Shown here piece by piece: positions 59,668 to 64,000 of a stretch of DNA of 64,000 nucleotides (the first letter of the stretch is position 1; every line of letters starts with the position of its first letter). This stretch comes from Bacilli bacterium (GTDB lineage: Bacteria; Bacillota_I; Bacilli_A; RF39; UBA660). The stretch is from NCBI GenBank assembly GCA_017934595.1, contig JAGBJG010000009.1, positions 839 to 64,838 on the forward strand. The letters are read 5' to 3'. A program made the position numbers and the translations under genes. A model generated the notes under the pieces. It was not told where the DNA came from. It saw nothing but the letters and a program-made list of their open reading frames with translations, and made no database searches.

Positions 59668-59703
59668 TTTGACATGGAAAAAACTTTATGTTATATTAAA
59701 GAT

Positions 59704-59990
59704 GCGTTGAGGGAGAAAAGTACCCAAAAGTGTTATTCGAGTGAGTTAGGTATAGTGTGAACTAATATTAACCTTTGGCGAAAGAACACTCCTGAGCAGA
59801 CTACCGAAAGGTAACCCAAGTAGACTAGTCCGGAAAGCAATCCGTTACCATATTGCTAGGTTTGTTAGAACTGAAAAGTGATTACTGTAATAACAAACCA
59901 TCTTTCTAGATGGTTTTTTAAGTAATAATTAAGGTGGCACCGCGGATACCCGTATTCGTCCTTATTGTAGGATGAGTACGGGTTTTTATA
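59704..59990 (+). promoter_or_regulatory. T-box riboswitch leader, Asn specifier (long form)
   Basis: Promoter TTGACA (59669-59674), 17 nt spacer, TATATT. It has an AGTGA box, a GGTATAGTGTGAACT distal element, a specifier AAC (59785-59787) followed by A, and the T-box sequence AATTAAGGTGGCACCGCGG (59927-59945). The terminator is ACCCGTATTCGTCC...GGATGAGTACGGGT followed by T5. Confidence 0.85.
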
Positions 59991-60011
59991 TATAAAAAAG
60001 GAGGTGTTAAA

Positions 60012-60815
60012 ATGAGTAAATATTTTAGAAAAGCAAAAGATGAGATGAAATTTACTAAATATTTAAAAACTATAACTGATAGTGACGCTAAACATATCAT
60101 AAAATATTTAATCAGAGTTTTTGGAGATTATAAATTTCCAAAAGATATCTTAGATGCACTTACATCGTATTGGTGTGATGAAAAATCAAGATATAAAGTC
60201 AGAGGTTTATACGTAACATACGAAGGATTATTTGAATTTTATAGAAAGTTTCCAAGATTATCTGGTAAAGCATTATATGAAATCGCTAATGAATATGTAA
60301 GAGATTTATTTGATGATTATGAAATGGATAAGAAGTTAGCTGAACTTATAAAAAAATATGGTGAAGAAGATATCGCGTTTGAAGAGTTTATATCATATGT
60401 GTCTAAAAAGGGTGATTTATTAGAAGAACAATACAAAGAAGATGTTAAAAAGTTGGATATATATGAAAAAATGTATGATATAGGTGATATATCACTTATA
60501 CCAATGGTAAAACAACTTGTAGTAGAAAAACATGTTAAAGTTGATGATGCGATTGCTGGGTTACCATCAGTAAAGATAATTAAACAAGATATGAAGCATC
60601 TTGAAGACTTATGTGCTAAATATCGTATATTTATAGGATGCACATATCCTGTTACATTTGATATGACTAAAGATTACTTGTTAGGAGAAGATTTATTAGA
60701 AAAATATGGTGATGTACCAAAATATGGAATTAGTATAGCAGGCCGAGTACAAGCCTCATTTACTACACAAGAATTTTTAGATAGTATGAAAAAAACAAAA
60801 ATAAGAAAGAAGTGA
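60012..60815 (+). CDS. Hypothetical soluble acidic protein (267 aa), first gene behind the Asn T-box
   Basis: A strong RBS AAGGAGGTG lies 7 nt before the ATG. No family was recognised by eye. Confidence 0.55.
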   Translation: MSKYFRKAKDEMKFTKYLKTITDSDAKHIIKYLIRVFGDYKFPKDILDALTSYWCDEKSRYKVRGLYVTYEGLFEFYRKFPRLSGKALYEIANEYVRDLFDDYEMDKKLAELIKKYGEEDIAFEEFISYVSKKGDLLEEQYKEDVKKLDIYEKMYDIGDISLIPMVKQLVVEKHVKVDDAIAGLPSVKIIKQDMKHLEDLCAKYRIFIGCTYPVTFDMTKDYLLGEDLLEKYGDVPKYGISIAGRVQASFTTQEFLDSMKKTKIRKK

Positions 60816-60854
60816 TTAGAATGTCGGATGACAATAATAATATAAAAAGATCAC

Positions 60855-60893
60855 GTATAAAGTAGAAGTTTTTCATTTCTATCTACTTTATAC
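60855..60893 (+). other. Perfect 12-bp inverted repeat between the unknown ORF and asnA
   Basis: GTATAAAGTAGA (60855-60866) pairs with TCTACTTTATAC (60882-60893). There is no U-tract after it. Confidence 0.6.
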
Positions 60894-60984
60894 TTCATAA
60901 ATAAAGTGGATAGTACCTACATCTATCTTAATTATTTATAAAATTCAAAAATGAAACAATTAATTAAGAAAGAAGGAATTTAAA

Positions 60985-61953
60985 ATGAAAAAAGAATTAA
61001 GTTATTTAGAAACAATAAAAGCAATATCAGAAGTTACAAAATATTTTGAAGGACAATTAGAAGCAAGATTATCTTTAACTAAAGTAGAATGCCCATTATT
61101 TGTTAAAACATCTTCAGGATTACAAGATGCTTTAACAGGAGTAGAAAAAGGAGTTAGTTTTACTAAAGGTGATGAAAAATTTGAAGTAGTTCACTCATTA
61201 GCTAAATGGAAAAGATATGCTTTAGGTAAATATGAATTTCCTATGCATACAGGGTTATATACTGATATGAAAGCTATTAGAAAAGATGAAGTAGTAGATA
61301 GTCTTCATTCTATGTTTGTAGAACAATGGGACTGGGAAAAAGTAATCAGTAAGGAAGATAGAACTATAGATTTCTTAAAAGAAACAGTAAAAAGTATTTA
61401 TAAGGCAGTGAGACAGACATCTATATTTGTGAAACAAAAATATAAATTTATTACTTTAGATTTACCTAAAACTGTTTACTTTATTACTAGTCAAGAATTA
61501 GAAGATATGTATCCTACTAAAACTCCAAAGGAAAGAGAAGAAGCTATTGTTAAAGATAAAAAAGCTGTATTTATAATTGGTATAGGAGATAAATTAAAAT
61601 CAGGTGTTGAGCATGATTTAAGAAGTCCAGATTATGATGATTGGGCTTTAGATGGAGATTTATTAGTATATGATAAAGTTTTAGATAAAGCTTTAGAATT
61701 AACATCTATGGGTATTAGAGTAGATGAAAAATCTTTAGTATCCCAATTAGAAAAATCAAAATGTTTAGATAGATTAGAATTACCATATCATAAGATGATT
61801 CAAAAATGTGAACTTCCATATACAATTGGTGGAGGTATAGGTAAATCAAGAATATTATTGCTTTTATTAGAAAAATCCCATATTGCTGAAGTACAAGCTT
61901 CAAGTTGGGAAGACAAAACATTAGAAGAATTAAAAGATAGAAAAGTATTATAG
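60985..61953 (+). CDS. asnA: Aspartate--ammonia ligase (asparagine synthetase A)
   Basis: EVVHSLAKWKRYALGKYEF and the class II synthetase-like core closely match the AsnA pattern. Confidence 0.9.
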   Translation: MKKELSYLETIKAISEVTKYFEGQLEARLSLTKVECPLFVKTSSGLQDALTGVEKGVSFTKGDEKFEVVHSLAKWKRYALGKYEFPMHTGLYTDMKAIRKDEVVDSLHSMFVEQWDWEKVISKEDRTIDFLKETVKSIYKAVRQTSIFVKQKYKFITLDLPKTVYFITSQELEDMYPTKTPKEREEAIVKDKKAVFIIGIGDKLKSGVEHDLRSPDYDDWALDGDLLVYDKVLDKALELTSMGIRVDEKSLVSQLEKSKCLDRLELPYHKMIQKCELPYTIGGGIGKSRILLLLLEKSHIAEVQASSWEDKTLEELKDRKVL

Positions 61954-62027
61954 TTTATAATACTTTTTTTGTTAAAATTCTTCCAAAACTATGTTCGTAT
62001 ATGATATAATGGATATAGGGTGATAAT

Positions 62028-64000
62028 ATGAACGTAGAAGTATTAGTTGAATTAAAAGCTCAGAGTTTAGATAAAACTTTTACATATAGTGTTCCTAATT
62101 CTTTAAAAGATAAAGTAGAAATAGGAAAACGCGTTTCAGTACCTTTTGGTAAACAAAAACTAGAAGGTTTTATCATGGATATAAATAATAAAAAATGTGA
62201 TTATGAAATAAAAGATATTATAGATGTAGTAGATGAAGAAGTAATACTTAATGATGAGATGATATCTATAGGTAAATATATATCATCTAAGACATTAGCT
62301 AGTTTAATGAGTTCTTATTCTACAATGTTACCGAAAGCCCTAAAAGCATCTCATAAGACAAATATAAACAAAAAATATATATCTTATTTAAAAATAAATA
62401 GAAATATAGATAATATTAAAACTGATAAACAAAAAGAAATTGTATCTTTATTTAAAGAAGATATATTATTAAAAAGTGAAGTAGCTAAAGTATCAGTTTC
62501 AGCTATGAATACTTTAATTAAAAATGGTGTTTTAGAAGAAGTAAAAGAAGAAACATATAGGTATAATATTAAAACAAATTATGAAGATAAAAAGATTAGT
62601 TTAACTGATGAACAAGCTAATGCTTTTAATACTATTAAAAAATCATTAAATAAATTTGAACCATTTTTGATACATGGAGTTACAGGTTCAGGTAAAACAG
62701 AAGTATATATGCATCTAATTAAAGAAGTTATAGATAGAGGCAAATCTGCTATTGTTTTAGTACCAGAAATAAGTTTAACTCCACAATTAGTTAATATATT
62801 TAAAGCTAGATTTGGTAATATAGCAGTACTACATAGTGGCTTATCTGATGGTGAAAGATATGATGAATATAGGAAAATCGCTAATGGTGAAGTTAGTATT
62901 GTAGTAGGCGCTAGAAGTGCTATATTCGCGCCATTTAAAAACGTTGGAATCATTATTGTAGATGAAGAACATTCTGATACATATAAACAAGAAAATAATC
63001 CAAGATATAATGCTATTGATATAGCTATTTATAGATCTAAATATCATAAATGTCCACTAGTATTAGGTTCAGCTACTCCATCAATAGAGTCTTATACAAG
63101 AGCCTTACTTGGTACTTATACATTAATTAATATGCCTACTAGAGTAAATAAAAATTTGCCTAAAGTATATTTGGTTGATATGAAAGATGAAATAAAAAAA
63201 GGTAATAGAGTCTTTAGTGAACTATTGACTACTAAATTAAATGAAGTAATTAAAGATAATAAACAAGCTATAATCTTACTTAATAGAAGAGGATTTAATA
63301 CTATTATGTCTTGTAAAAATTGTGGCTATGTAGCTAAATGTCCTAAATGTGATATACCACTTACTTATCATAAAGTATCTAATACATTAAGATGTCATTA
63401 CTGTGGATATGGTGAAGCTAAACTAGTTAAATGCCCAAGTTGTGGAAGTCTAGATATAAATTCACTTGGAATGGGTACACAAAAATTAGAAGAAGAAATA
63501 CTTAAGAATTTTGAAGGTGCTAAAGTAATACGTATGGATGTTGATACAACATCAAGAAAAGGCGCTCATGAAAAGATTATAGAATCATTTAGAAATGGTG
63601 AATATAATATTTTAATTGGTACACAAATGATATCTAAAGGCTTAGATTTTCCTAATGTTACTTTAGTAGGTGTCATTAATGGTGATGCAAGTTTAAATAT
63701 ACCTGATTTTAGAAGTGCAGAAAAAACATTTGATTTATTAAACCAAGTAAGTGGAAGAGCAGGTAGAAGTAAATCTTTAGGTAATGTAGTTATCCAAGGA
63801 TTTAATATAAATCATTATAGTATTGTAGCTGCCTCTAAATGTGATTATAAAGGATTTTATAATGAAGAAGTTAATATGAGAAAAAGATTAGGTTATCCAC
63901 CATATAATAACTTATGTTTAATTAAAATATCATCTAGTAATTATGATACAGTATCTAAAGAAGCTAATAAAGTAGCTAATTACTTAAAAGAAAATATTCC
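62028..64000 (+). CDS. priA: Primosomal protein N' (PriA helicase), 3' end beyond the window
   Basis: Translated by hand as MNVEVLVELKAQSLDKTFTYSVP...VSVPFGKQKLEGFIMD. It has Walker A (GVTGSGKTEVY), DEEH, and zinc-binding CxxC pairs (CKNCGY...CPKCD...CHYCGY...CPSCGS). It is absent from the ORF track because no stop codon is reached. Confidence 0.9.
   Translation, partial: MNVEVLVELKAQSLDKTFTYSVPNSLKDKVEIGKRVSVPFGKQKLEGFIMDINNKKCDYEIKDIIDVVDEEVILNDEMISIGKYISSKTLASLMSSYSTMLPKALKASHKTNINKKYISYLKINRNIDNIKTDKQKEIVSLFKEDILLKSEVAKVSVSAMNTLIKNGVLEEVKEETYRYNIKTNYEDKKISLTDEQANAFNTIKKSLNKFEPFLIHGVTGSGKTEVYMHLIKEVIDRGKSAIVLVPEISLTPQLVNIFKARFGNIAVLHSGLSDGERYDEYRKIANGEVSIVVGARSAIFAPFKNVGIIIVDEEHSDTYKQENNPRYNAIDIAIYRSKYHKCPLVLGSATPSIESYTRALLGTYTLINMPTRVNKNLPKVYLVDMKDEIKKGNRVFSELLTTKLNEVIKDNKQAIILLNRRGFNTIMSCKNCGYVAKCPKCDIPLTYHKVSNTLRCHYCGYGEAKLVKCPSCGSLDINSLGMGTQKLEEEILKNFEGAKVIRMDVDTTSRKGAHEKIIESFRNGEYNILIGTQMISKGLDFPNVTLVGVINGDASLNIPDFRSAEKTFDLLNQVSGRAGRSKSLGNVVIQGFNINHYSIVAASKCDYKGFYNEEVNMRKRLGYPPYNNLCLIKISSSNYDTVSKEANKVANYLKENI

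Noticed and set aside
59918-60100. A 60-aa minus-strand ORF spans the T-box terminator and the start of the 267-aa gene.
   Set aside because: It overlaps the T-box sequence, the terminator and a strongly RBS-supported plus-strand start, so it has no independent support.
60317-61921. Minus-strand ORFs 60317..60643 and 61715..61921.
   Set aside because: They are antisense to the T-box-controlled ORF and to asnA respectively, and are shadow frames.
62579-63047. Two minus-strand ORFs are the only track entries in the last 2 kb.
   Set aside because: The plus strand here carries an uninterrupted priA frame from ATG 62028 to the window end, with Walker A, DEEH and zinc-finger cysteines. The track omits it only because it has no stop codon in the window.
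1-64000. A scan for CRISPR arrays, rRNA genes, IS/transposase genes, reverse transcriptases and group II introns.
   Set aside because: None was seen by eye. The only recombinase is the large serine recombinase at 2160..3758, and the only structured RNAs recognised are four T-box leaders, one tRNA, RNase P RNA and the candidate small RNA.

Overview
This is a very AT-rich chromosomal segment from a spore-forming low-GC Bacillota member using the standard genetic code (TGA is used as a stop). Most of it is conserved housekeeping sequence with Bacillus-like local synteny. This includes pheST, metG and asnS, each behind a T-box leader, then dacB-spmA-spmB, a gerK-type A-C-B germinant receptor operon and rimP-nusA-ylxR-infB. 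It continues with dnaD-nth, recU-ponA, gpsB-rnpB, rodZ-pgsA, a deoD-deoB-cdd-pdp nucleoside salvage operon, polA, asnA and the 5' part of priA.

Four features stand out:
1. The first ~3.8 kb is the right end of an integrated element with a phage-type repressor switch, wHTH proteins and a large serine recombinase. It interrupts the germination amidase gene cwlD. This looks like a skin/SPbeta-style intervening element in a sporulation gene.
2. The gap between the SPFH gene and a lone tRNA-Ala has the layout of a type I toxin-antitoxin module. It holds an unannotated 27-aa hydrophobic peptide gene whose Shine-Dalgarno sequence is sequestered in a hairpin, facing a convergent small RNA with a consensus promoter and a terminator.
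3. An Asn-specific T-box drives an uncharacterised 267-aa protein ahead of asnA.
4. Two divergent paralogous genes of unknown function sit in tandem between nth and ponA, each with a copy of the same promoter.

An Abi_2 abortive-infection gene sits directly upstream of pheST. No CRISPR array, rRNA or transposase was seen. All calls rest on reading the sequence and the supplied translations by eye; no searches were run.
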